A DNA stretch of 64,000 nucleotides from positions 13,229 to 77,228 of the forward strand of contig JBBIRR010000014.1 of NCBI GenBank assembly GCA_037441705.1, in the 5' to 3' direction. A program made the position numbers and the translations under genes. The notes beneath the pieces are model-generated. The model did no database searches. It worked only from the letters and a program-made list of their open reading frames with translations, and was not told the DNA's origin. The stretch comes from Ignavibacteriales bacterium. GTDB lineage: Bacteria; Bacteroidota; Ignavibacteria; UBA10030; UBA6906. Position 1 is the first letter of the stretch. The number at the start of each line of letters is the position of its first letter. Of this stretch, positions 48,865 to 57,812 are shown in pieces.

Positions 48865-49809
48865 TCACCGGCGGCGGTTGCGAACGAGCGATGCCGCGAT
48901 GGCAACGGTGAGCACCAATCCCACGACCGTCAGAGAAACAACAATCGGGACATGAACGAAATCTTCCACCAACATCTTGCATCCGATGAACACCAGGATC
49001 AGCGACAGCCCGAACTTCAAATAGTAAAACGTATTCATCACGCCTGCCAGCAGAAAGTAGAGCGCGCGCAGGCCAAGGATGGCAAAGACGTTGGACGAAT
49101 AGACGATGAACGGATCCCGTGTTATGCCGAAGACGGCCGGAATGGAATCCACGGCAAAAACCACATCGGTGGTCTCGACCGTTATCAAGACCAGAAACAG
49201 CGTCGTGATGTAGATTTTCCCCTGACGTCGGATGATGAAGTTGTGGGAGTCGAAGCCCGGTTCTACGCGAAAGAATTTTCGCGCGAGGCGGATGAAGATG
49301 TTCTTGTCCGGATGGACTTGTTCGCCGCTGCCGAAAGCCATTTTCCATCCGCTGACGATCAGAATGATACCGAAGACGTACAGAACCCAATCGAACCGAG
49401 CGATGAGCACGGCGCCGAGCGCGATGAAGATGCCGCGCATGATGAGCGCGCCCAACACGCCCCAGAACAGGACACGGTGGTGGTATTTGGGCGGAACGCC
49501 GAAATAGGAGAAGATGACGATGAACACAAAGATGTTATCTACCGAAAGAGCTTTCTCCATCAGATAGCCGGTGAGGAATTCCAGGCTGACGCGCGTCGCT
49601 TCTGCCGCGCTGCCGGTTCTCTCCTTTACCCAAAAATACAACCCGAGATTGAACACCAGCGAGAGCGCAATCCAGATGACGCTCCAGACGGCGGCTTCCC
49701 GTACACTCACCGGCTCGTCTTTGCGGTGGAACACCCCGAGATCGAGGGCGAGAAGAAAAAGGATAAAAATGTTGAAGAGAATGAAAAGAAGAAGTTCGTT
49801 CTGGGGCAT
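48865..49809 (-). CDS. TerC/Alx-family membrane protein
   Basis: GYLMEKALSVDNIFVF, ETTDVVFAVDSIPA, SNVFAILGLRALYF. Confidence 0.93.
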   Translation of the reverse strand: MPQNELLLFILFNIFILFLLALDLGVFHRKDEPVSVREAAVWSVIWIALSLVFNLGLYFWVKERTGSAAEATRVSLEFLTGYLMEKALSVDNIFVFIVIFSYFGVPPKYHHRVLFWGVLGALIMRGIFIALGAVLIARFDWVLYVFGIILIVSGWKMAFGSGEQVHPDKNIFIRLARKFFRVEPGFDSHNFIIRRQGKIYITTLFLVLITVETTDVVFAVDSIPAVFGITRDPFIVYSSNVFAILGLRALYFLLAGVMNTFYYLKFGLSLILVFIGCKMLVEDFVHVPIVVSLTVVGLVLTVAIAASLVRNRRR

Positions 49810-49814
49810 CCGGT

Positions 49815-50492
49815 TCAGTCTCCACGTTCGTCAATCTGTGCAGTGAGCCAGCGGGTCATTGCCTGAAGACTTCGCTCGCTGATTTCGTGCGCCATGGGAT
49901 ATTCATGATACTCGACGCGCGCTCCAGCATCCTCCAGCCTCGAACGAATGATGCGGCTTGCCTCCACGGGAATCAGCTCGTCGTACACGCCATGCGCAAT
50001 GTAGAAGCTCTTTCCGCTGATTTCGCTCCAACGGTATGTCAGATGTGTCCCCTCGGCAAGGTACCCGCTGTTGGCGATGACACTGCGGAACAAGGACGGT
50101 TGACTCAACGCCATCGCCAGCGCCATCACCGTCCCCATGCTGAACCCGAGAAGATACAGATGCCGACGATCAATCGGATAGTACCCGAGCGCGTCGTGGA
50201 TGAACTGCAGCAGCCGATCGCAGCTTTCTCTGAACTGCACGGGATCGGGTTTGCCGGCGTCATAGAAATCGTACCACTTGTATCCGCCCCATTCCAACGG
50301 GAACGGCGCACGCACGCTGATCGTAAGCAGGCGAGGATCGAGAACCTGCGCGAGGCCGGCAAGGTCATGCTCGTCGGCGCCGAGGCCGTGTAGCATGATG
50401 ACGGTGGGATGCGGCGCAGGCGTGTCCGCTTCCGGCTCGAGGACGATGTGATGGAGCGTTGAGGTGATGGGGACAATCCGGTTCTGGCTCAT
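49815..50492 (-). CDS. Phospholipase/carboxylesterase (alpha/beta hydrolase)
   Basis: LHGLGA, GFSMG nucleophile, HGVYD, MAHEI; start MSQNR inferred. Confidence 0.88.
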   Translation of the reverse strand: MSQNRIVPITSTLHHIVLEPEADTPAPHPTVIMLHGLGADEHDLAGLAQVLDPRLLTISVRAPFPLEWGGYKWYDFYDAGKPDPVQFRESCDRLLQFIHDALGYYPIDRRHLYLLGFSMGTVMALAMALSQPSLFRSVIANSGYLAEGTHLTYRWSEISGKSFYIAHGVYDELIPVEASRIIRSRLEDAGARVEYHEYPMAHEISERSLQAMTRWLTAQIDERGD

Positions 50493-50538
50493 TGAGCTTG
50501 TAGGGTATTCGTTTCGAGTTTCGCTATGCCGATTGGTA

Positions 50539-51882
50539 TCATCGTTTTGCTCGCCGGTACTTCTCCTTGTACTTCTCGTACAGCATCGTATGCTTGCTTG
50601 TGAGATCAATGTTGCGCCCCTGAATGAACTCCATCTCCACCCGTGTTGCAATCTCCAACGGATCACCGTTGGTCACAATGAGCGTCGCGTCCTTACCGAC
50701 TTCCAGCGAACCGATGCGGTCGGCCACGCCGAAGATTTGCGCGGAATACAACGTGATGGCTTTGAGCGCTTCCTCCTTCGGCAGTCCGTACGCCGCGGCT
50801 TGCGCCGCATGATAGGGCAGATTGCGTTCATGCGGCGCCTCGTCGTCCGAGATGATGGCAAACGGAACGCCGGCCTCGTACAGCTTCTTCGGAAGCGTAA
50901 ACGGCTCATCGTATTTTTCAAAGCGCCGCGCCGGCAGCCGATGAATGCCTCCCGCTAACACGGGCACGTTGTGCTTCTTCAGCAAGTCCGTCACCCGCCA
51001 GGCGTCGTGCCCGCCTCTGATGATCAACTTCACGCCCTCCTGCTGCGCCCACGCGACCGCTGCCTGGATTTGCTGCACTTCAGTTGCGCTGACGGCAACG
51101 GGCACCTTTCCTTCCAGCACGGGAATCATCGCCTCCCACCGTACATCAGTGTTGTGGTACGTAATGCCTTTCTGGGCCTCGGCGTTTTTCGCAGCCATGT
51201 ACGCCCGTGCATCGCGGAAGGCTTCCGCCAACTCCATCAGCGCCTTGTCTCGATCCTTCTTTTGTTCTTCCTCCGATTTCGTCACCCACCATCCGCGGGC
51301 GATCGTCATCGAAGGCCATTGCACCACCAACGCTGCCGGAGCCTTCAGCGTCATCTCCTCCCACGTCCAGCCGTCACTCATCATCACGGCCGAGAGGCCG
51401 GAGATGAGTCCGCCGCGCGGCGACGTGACGAAGGTCGTGATGCCGTTTGCCCGCGTGACGGGAATGATTTCGGATTCCGGGTTGACGGCAACCTCGGCGC
51501 GGACGTTCGGATTGATGCGACCTGTCTCGGCAAAGTCACGCGAAGCGCGTACGGCGCCAATCTCCATCAAGCCGATGTACGTGTCGGGACTCATCAGGCC
51601 CGGATACACATGCTTGCCCGTCCCGTCAATCACGTCGGCATTCTGCGGGATGGTGACGTTCGTTCCAACGGCGACGATCTTCCCTCTGTCGAACACAATC
51701 ATGCCGCGCTGGATGGGAGCGGAGCTGACCGGATGAATCGTCGCGTTCTTGATGACGATGGGCTTTTCCTGCGGCTTCGCCGGAATCTGGCCGGCACCGG
51801 AGAAGGCATGAGGATTGACCACAAAAACACCGATCACTGCTTCCAGTATAAGAGCTCTAAGAAATCGAAAGGATGTGTTCAT
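50539..51882 (-). CDS. Exported amidohydrolase-family protein (degenerate metal site)
   Basis: IDGTGKHVYPG, ANGITT, ALKAITL, GSLEVGKDATL; HxH replaced by PDTY. Confidence 0.85.
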   Translation of the reverse strand: MNTSFRFLRALILEAVIGVFVVNPHAFSGAGQIPAKPQEKPIVIKNATIHPVSSAPIQRGMIVFDRGKIVAVGTNVTIPQNADVIDGTGKHVYPGLMSPDTYIGLMEIGAVRASRDFAETGRINPNVRAEVAVNPESEIIPVTRANGITTFVTSPRGGLISGLSAVMMSDGWTWEEMTLKAPAALVVQWPSMTIARGWWVTKSEEEQKKDRDKALMELAEAFRDARAYMAAKNAEAQKGITYHNTDVRWEAMIPVLEGKVPVAVSATEVQQIQAAVAWAQQEGVKLIIRGGHDAWRVTDLLKKHNVPVLAGGIHRLPARRFEKYDEPFTLPKKLYEAGVPFAIISDDEAPHERNLPYHAAQAAAYGLPKEEALKAITLYSAQIFGVADRIGSLEVGKDATLIVTNGDPLEIATRVEMEFIQGRNIDLTSKHTMLYEKYKEKYRRAKR

Positions 51883-51983
51883 TACTCACTCCATACCCTG
51901 TGGCTATTCGTTGCTCGGATTCGATGTCAATCAACTGATGGTGTCGCCTCGGATCTGTCATCAACCTGAAACCAGAGGAACGG

Positions 51984-54900
51984 CTACTGCCTTTCACGTG
52001 GGGCGTCTACCTCATCTGCCCGATGCGACGGATGATCCACCTCGTCGCCGCGCTTGGGCATACGCGGCGCGGGTTCGGTACCCGTCCCTTTCTTCGCAGC
52101 AAGCGCCTTCTGGATCAGTGCTGCGCGCTGGCGCTGGACTTCATCGTTCAGTTTCTTGTCTTCATCGAGGTCAAAATACCTCCGGCCGTCCACCCACGTT
52201 TGCTCGCACCTGGTATAGGTGGAGAAGGGATGGCCGCTCCAGATAACGAAGTCGGCATCCTTGCCCGGCTCCAGCGACCCGACGCGGTGGTCAATCATCA
52301 ACTGCTTCGCGGGATTCAGGGTGACGAACTTGAGCGCCTCTTCTTCGGCAACGCCGCCGTACTTCACGGCCTTCGCCGCTTCCCAGTTCATGCGGCGTGC
52401 AAGCTCGTCGCTATCCGAATTGAACGACACGAGAACGCCCTGCTCGTGCATGAGCGCTCCGTTGTAGGGGATCGCGTCGTAGACTTCCAGCTTGTACGCC
52501 CACCAGTCGCTGAACGACGAAGCGCCCGCGCCGTGTTTTGCCATCACGTCAGCGACTTTGTACCCCTCAAGGATATGCTGAAACACGCGAATCCTGAAAC
52601 CGAAATCCTCCGCTACGCGCATCAGCATCAGGATTTCGCTTTGCACGTAGGAGTGACAGTGGATGAAGCGCTTGCCGCGAAGGATTTCGAGAATCGCATC
52701 CAGCTCAAGATCCCGGCGCGGCGGGATGCCGGATTTCTCCTTCTCCCACTTCTGCCAGGCCTTCTCGTAGTCCAGCGCTGCTTTGAACTCATCCCGAATA
52801 ATCTGCTCGACGCCCATCCGTGTCTGCGGATAGCGCGTGGTAAAGCGATCGCCCCAGTTGGATTGCTTCACGTTTTCGCCGAGCGCGAACTTGATGGTGG
52901 GAGGACAGCCCTCGAACTTCATCTCGTCGGGCAGACTTCCCCATCGCAGCTTGATCATCTGCGCCTGGCCGCCGATGGGATTGGCCGAGCCGTGCAGGAT
53001 GTGCGCCGCTGTCAGTCCGCCGGCCAGCGCGCGATAGATGTCAATGTCATCGCTGTCAATGATGTCACCGATCCGCACTTCCGCCGAAACCGCCTGCCGC
53101 GATTCGTTCACGCCGCCTGATGCCGCCATATGAGAATGGGCGTCAATGAGTCCAGGCGTTACGTGCTTCCCGCGTGCATCAATCACCAGCGCGTCCGGCG
53201 GTGCGGAGAGCTTGGCACCGACGCGAGAAATTTTTCCCTGTTGAATTAGAAGGTCGGCGTTCTCCAATTTCCCCTGCGGGCCGCACGTCCAGATCGTCGC
53301 GCCTTGCACAAGCACGGCCGCGGGCTGAACGGGTTTGGCCGCGAAGCCAAACTCACCGAGAGGATAGACGGGTGGGAACGACGCCATCCTCACCTCTTTC
53401 GGCTTCAGCGTATCCGGCTCCGGCACATACGGACCGATACGACGCGCGTTCCACGAGAATGCTTTCCCGTCCGACCACTCGCCGCTGCCCGATAGTGCAT
53501 CCTTCCGCAACGCGGCGGACATACGCACAATGCCCGCGTAGCCGAGCGAATCTCCGGGGAACGAGAACGACAGGCGAAGCTGCGCAAGCACGACGTTCGT
53601 GAGCTTCGCCTCTTTCGTTTTCTTGATCGAACCCCTGAGCGACTCAGGCTCACCCTTGAGTGTAAGAAGAATCGAATCGGCCGATGCTTCGCGTGCGATA
53701 CTCAACAGCCACGTTCCGCGAGGATCAATCTCAGGAAGAGGCTTGATCTCATACCGCGTACCGTCAATCCAGCTTTCGCGGATGATCGTCTTCTCGTCGA
53801 ACACATCGCCACTCGTGACGATGAAGTTTGCCACCTTCCCAACTTCGAGGGAACCGAGCTGTCGTTCAACACCAAACATTCTGGAAGGAGAAATTGTTAG
53901 AGCAGCGAGCGCTGCGTCCCGGGAGAGGCCGCGCTGCACAGCCGTGCGTACCGCGGCGAGAAATGTCCCCGCATCCTTCAGCATGGCACCGGTCAGCGCG
54001 AATGAGACGCGGGCTTCATGCAGACGCTTCGGGTTCTCGGGCGCTTCGTCCCAATGACGCAGTTCCTCCAATGTGTATTGCAGCGCCTCTTCCGGCGATG
54101 AGACATTCGGTGCTTCAGGAAAGTTGATGGGAAGAATGATGGGGCGACGCGTGCCTTGCACGGCCTCAAGCCGGCGGTATTCTCTTCCGCTGCCGCGGAC
54201 GATAAGGTTGAGGCCGAACTCTTCCGCGATCTTGTCCGCGCGCAGCAGGTCAAGCTCGCTGTTCGTCTCAATCACGACGGGAATTTTCTTCGTCAATACG
54301 TCGGCGAGTGCAGCAAGGGCCTCATTCGTCTCGGGGCGTGGGAGTGAGGGATTTTTCGCGTACGCGTCGTGTGCTCGGGCATACCACTCCGCGTCGTACA
54401 TCGCTTGACGGATGAAGGCGATGATACCCATAAGCGAGCCGGGATATTCTTCCGAACCCCACTCGCCGGCAAGCTGCATGTGTTGGGCGACATTCGAACG
54501 CACCAGCATTTCATTCGGTTTCCCATCGCCGAGATTCACCACGGCACTCATGCCCTTGATGATGCCGCGCTGAGGAACGACAAGGGCGGCGGTGAAGCCC
54601 TGACTCCGAAGTTTCTCCGCCGCCTTTGCATCGGGCGTGAGAAGCTTCGCTGTGTTGTTCTGAGGCTGGGCCATTCTGTTCCAGTACTCGACACCGCGCG
54701 AAGGCTCGGTCTCCGGACGCTGCCGCTGCGGCTCACCCTCAGCCTGCGCCTGAGGCTTGGGCGCTTTGGGTACGCCGTAATCCGAATACGCATCAATGAA
54801 CCCGGGGTAGATCCATTGCCCCCTCATGTCCCATACACGAGCATCTGCGGGGATGGGAATGCCGGCGCCGACTGCAACAATGACGCCGTTCCGGATGACA

Positions 54901-55079
54901 AGTGTTCCGTTTTCGATCACTCTGCCCGGCACAGGAATAATGCGGGCGTTCGTGAAGGCATGCACCCGCGGCGTGTTCTTGCGGATGCCTTCGGCTGGTG
55001 TGGTCTGCGCTGCACCCGCGCGCACCAGCAGCACCAGGAGTGTTGAGATGGTCATCCACCGGGGGACTGAGGCAAACAT
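51984..55079 (-). CDS. Exported double-domain amidohydrolase
   Basis: Domain 1 PGFIDAYS (degenerate); domain 2 PGLIDAHSH, KFALGEN, HCHSY, FQHILEG, NSD. Confidence 0.88.
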   Translation of the reverse strand: MFASVPRWMTISTLLVLLVRAGAAQTTPAEGIRKNTPRVHAFTNARIIPVPGRVIENGTLVIRNGVIVAVGAGIPIPADARVWDMRGQWIYPGFIDAYSDYGVPKAPKPQAQAEGEPQRQRPETEPSRGVEYWNRMAQPQNNTAKLLTPDAKAAEKLRSQGFTAALVVPQRGIIKGMSAVVNLGDGKPNEMLVRSNVAQHMQLAGEWGSEEYPGSLMGIIAFIRQAMYDAEWYARAHDAYAKNPSLPRPETNEALAALADVLTKKIPVVIETNSELDLLRADKIAEEFGLNLIVRGSGREYRRLEAVQGTRRPIILPINFPEAPNVSSPEEALQYTLEELRHWDEAPENPKRLHEARVSFALTGAMLKDAGTFLAAVRTAVQRGLSRDAALAALTISPSRMFGVERQLGSLEVGKVANFIVTSGDVFDEKTIIRESWIDGTRYEIKPLPEIDPRGTWLLSIAREASADSILLTLKGEPESLRGSIKKTKEAKLTNVVLAQLRLSFSFPGDSLGYAGIVRMSAALRKDALSGSGEWSDGKAFSWNARRIGPYVPEPDTLKPKEVRMASFPPVYPLGEFGFAAKPVQPAAVLVQGATIWTCGPQGKLENADLLIQQGKISRVGAKLSAPPDALVIDARGKHVTPGLIDAHSHMAASGGVNESRQAVSAEVRIGDIIDSDDIDIYRALAGGLTAAHILHGSANPIGGQAQMIKLRWGSLPDEMKFEGCPPTIKFALGENVKQSNWGDRFTTRYPQTRMGVEQIIRDEFKAALDYEKAWQKWEKEKSGIPPRRDLELDAILEILRGKRFIHCHSYVQSEILMLMRVAEDFGFRIRVFQHILEGYKVADVMAKHGAGASSFSDWWAYKLEVYDAIPYNGALMHEQGVLVSFNSDSDELARRMNWEAAKAVKYGGVAEEEALKFVTLNPAKQLMIDHRVGSLEPGKDADFVIWSGHPFSTYTRCEQTWVDGRRYFDLDEDKKLNDEVQRQRAALIQKALAAKKGTGTEPAPRMPKRGDEVDHPSHRADEVDAPRERQ

Positions 55080-55121
55080 CACGGCAATCTTCCTTGAGTG
55101 TGAATGAAATGGCAAGTAGTC

Positions 55122-55664
55122 TCAGCGAGTGAATAATCTCTTGTAGACGGTAAAATCGGATGGTGAGAAGACGACGAACCGAACCTCCTGCAGCGAGGGG
55201 TGTTCCTCTACAAATGTCTTCACCGTCTCAAACGCGATGTTCGACGCGCGCTCGATCGGAAATCCATACGCTCCGGTACTAATGGATGGGAACGCGATGG
55301 TTTTGAGATCGTGCTCGACCGCGAGTCTCAGCGAGTTGCGATAGGCGCCGGCGAGCAGTTCATCTTCGCGATGGCCGCCGCCATGCCACACGGGGCCGAC
55401 GGTGTGGATAACGTACTTCGCCTTCATCTTGCCCGCCGACGTGATCATTGCTTCTCCTGTTGGAAGGCGACCGTGCTTCGCGACGTACGCTTTGCACTCT
55501 TCGAGAATCTGCGGGCCACCCGCACGATGGATCGCGCCGTCAACGCCGCCGCCGCCCATCAAACCGGAGTTGGCAGCATTGACGATCGCATCGACATCCT
55601 GCTGCGTGATGTCGCCCTGAACAAGCGTGAGGGTCGTGGTGTGGACGACGATGTGCATACGCAT
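55122..55664 (-). CDS. ymdB: Macro-domain O-acetyl-ADP-ribose deacetylase (YmdB-like)
   Basis: GDIT, AIVNAAN..LMGGGGVDGAIH, IHTVGPVW, FPSISTGAYGFP. Confidence 0.92.
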   Translation of the reverse strand: MRMHIVVHTTTLTLVQGDITQQDVDAIVNAANSGLMGGGGVDGAIHRAGGPQILEECKAYVAKHGRLPTGEAMITSAGKMKAKYVIHTVGPVWHGGGHREDELLAGAYRNSLRLAVEHDLKTIAFPSISTGAYGFPIERASNIAFETVKTFVEEHPSLQEVRFVVFSPSDFTVYKRLFTR

Positions 55665-55678
55665 GACACCGGGAAGGC

Positions 55679-57511
55679 TCACCAGGATTCCCGCGCAAGC
55701 TTCCAATGCTCGGGCGAACGCCACAGCGACGAGAGGAACAACTCGCGCATGAATGTGAATTCGCGGGGAAGCCTGTCATACAGTTTCGAGAAAAGTTCTT
55801 CGTGGGAAAGAAGCTCTTTCTTCCACTCTTCACTCTCCACCGACATGACCTTGTCGAATGTCTCGCGGGGCATCTTCAACCCATCCCACATGATGTCTTC
55901 ATAACGCGGCATCCAGCCCAACGGACTTTCGATGGCGTAGCCGCGGCCGTGAACGCGGTCGATGATCCACTTCAGCACGCGCATGTTTTCGCCGAAGCCG
56001 GGCCAGATGAAATTCCCGTTCTCGTCCTTGCGGAACCAGTTCACGGCGAAGATGCGCGGCGGATTCGGCGTGTCGCGTCCAAACTGCAGCCAGTGGTTGA
56101 AGTAGTCGGCGATGTGATAGCCTGCGAAGGGCAGCATCGCCATCGGGTCGCGCCGCACATTGCCGATCTGACCTGCCGCAGCGGCGGTAGTTTCCGAGCC
56201 CATCGTTGCAGCCAGATAGACGCCGAAGTTCCAGTTGACCGCCTGATACACCAGCGGCACAACGGAGCTTCTCCTTCCCCCAAAAACAAACGCGCTGATC
56301 GGTACGCCGTTCGGGTCTTCCCACCGCGGATCGATCGCGGGGTTCTGATGCGCGGGCACCGTGAAGCGAGCATTGGGATGAGCAGCAGGCGTTCCGCTCG
56401 CCGGGGTCCAGTCTCTCCCGCGCCAATCAACCAGATGCGGCGGCGTGTCGGTCAGTCCTTCCCACCACACATCACCGTCCGGTGTTTGCGCGACGTTGGT
56501 GAAGATAGTGTTCGCTCGGATGCATTCGATGGCGTTGGGATTGGATTTCGGCGATGTGCCCGGCGCCACCCCGAAGTATCCTGCTTCGGGATTGATCGCG
56601 TAGAGCCGTCCGTCGTCGCCTCGCTTGATCCATGCAATGTCATCACCGACGGTGGTGACCTTGTAGCCTTCGAATCCTTTCGGTGGAATGAGCATCGCGA
56701 AATTTGTTTTGCCGCATGCGCTGGGAAACGCCGCTGCGATGTACGTCTTCTCCTTCGATGGTGTTTCGACGCCGAGAATCAGCATGTGTTCGGCGAGCCA
56801 GCCCTCGTCGCGCGCCATCACCGAGGCGATGCGCAGCGCGAAGCATTTCTTGCCGAGCAATGCGTTGCCGCCATAGCCGCTGCCAAACGACCAGATGGAG
56901 CGCTCTTCGGGAAAATGCACAATGTACTTGTGCTCCTTGTTGCAGGGCCATGGCGCGTCCTTCTGTCCGGGCCCGAGCGGCATCCCCACCGAGTGAAGGC
57001 ACGGAACAAATTCTCCGTCACCCAGAACGTCCAACACTTTCTTGCCCATGCGCGTCATAATCTTCATACTCACCACCACATACGGTGAGTCGGTGATTTC
57101 AACACCGATGTGGGAAATGGGCGAGCCTAACGGTCCCATGCTGAACGGAACCACATACATCGTCCTCCCGCGCATGCACCCATCGAATAGACGCAGCAAT
57201 ATCTCCTTCATCTCGCGCGGGTCCATCCAGTTGTTGGTGGGGCCTGCGTCTTGCTTGCGGCGACTGCAAATGAACGTGCGATCTTCCACGCGCGCAACAT
57301 CGTCGGGGTCGGAGAGCGCAAGGTAGCTGTTGGGTCGCTTGTCGGGATTGAGCCGCTTGAATGTTCCCGATTTCACAAGTAAGTCACACAGCCTGTCGTA
57401 TTCCTCCTCCGAGCCGTCGCACCAATACACACGATCGGGCTTGCAGAGTTTTCGCATCTCCTCGACCCATGCCTGCAACTTCTGACTCTTAATGTGTGTG
57501 GGATTCAGCAT
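55679..57511 (-). CDS. pckG: Phosphoenolpyruvate carboxykinase (GTP)
   Basis: [53 protein letters not shown]. Confidence 0.97.
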   Translation of the reverse strand: MLNPTHIKSQKLQAWVEEMRKLCKPDRVYWCDGSEEEYDRLCDLLVKSGTFKRLNPDKRPNSYLALSDPDDVARVEDRTFICSRRKQDAGPTNNWMDPREMKEILLRLFDGCMRGRTMYVVPFSMGPLGSPISHIGVEITDSPYVVVSMKIMTRMGKKVLDVLGDGEFVPCLHSVGMPLGPGQKDAPWPCNKEHKYIVHFPEERSIWSFGSGYGGNALLGKKCFALRIASVMARDEGWLAEHMLILGVETPSKEKTYIAAAFPSACGKTNFAMLIPPKGFEGYKVTTVGDDIAWIKRGDDGRLYAINPEAGYFGVAPGTSPKSNPNAIECIRANTIFTNVAQTPDGDVWWEGLTDTPPHLVDWRGRDWTPASGTPAAHPNARFTVPAHQNPAIDPRWEDPNGVPISAFVFGGRRSSVVPLVYQAVNWNFGVYLAATMGSETTAAAAGQIGNVRRDPMAMLPFAGYHIADYFNHWLQFGRDTPNPPRIFAVNWFRKDENGNFIWPGFGENMRVLKWIIDRVHGRGYAIESPLGWMPRYEDIMWDGLKMPRETFDKVMSVESEEWKKELLSHEELFSKLYDRLPREFTFMRELFLSSLWRSPEHWKLARESW

Positions 57512-57735
57512 TCCAGACTCCCTCTCAAGTGATGACAGTGGAAATCATTCCCTTCGGCTCCACGAATCTCGACTCCATGATGATTGGGGAAAACAGATAC
57601 TTGTGGGGATTCATCGAATTGCGTGGGTTAAGATAGGGAGTATGGGGGAGGATTTCAAGAACACTCATGCGCGTTCTTCGTCGGCGGCGAATTGTTCTGG
57701 CAAGGGGTTTATTGCAAAAGAATTCTCCCTGCTTG

Positions 57736-57764
57736 TTGCGCTCGGCGGGAAAAGAACATATATT
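57736..57764 (+). promoter_or_regulatory. Sigma70-type promoter of the protease-Lgt operon
   Basis: TTGCGC-N17-TATATT(GA). Confidence 0.6.
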
Positions 57765-57812
57765 GAGCCGCAGCCACGTTCCTATCCTTTCATCAGCATC
57801 ATGGAGGATGCT

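Noticed and set aside
48809-49390. Apparent N-terminal extension of the M2 peptidase
   Set aside because: Overlaps terC in another frame; a start with SD and lipobox lies at 48808.
40752-55664. Sirtuin plus macrodomain as an ADP-ribosylation or defence system
   Set aside because: About 14 kb apart on opposite strands; both look like ordinary CobB and YmdB types.
55706-57088. 460-aa ORF antisense to PEPCK, and similar ORFs opposite dxr, the cyclase and the amidohydrolases
   Set aside because: Typical shadow ORFs with no independent evidence.
57708-57716. TGGCA...TTGC upstream of the protease as a sigma-54 promoter
   Set aside because: Spacing is three bases too long for a -24/-12 promoter.
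57492-57812. 107-aa N-terminal extension of the metalloprotease ORF
   Set aside because: Spans the divergent promoter region; the SD and signal peptide point to ATG 57813.
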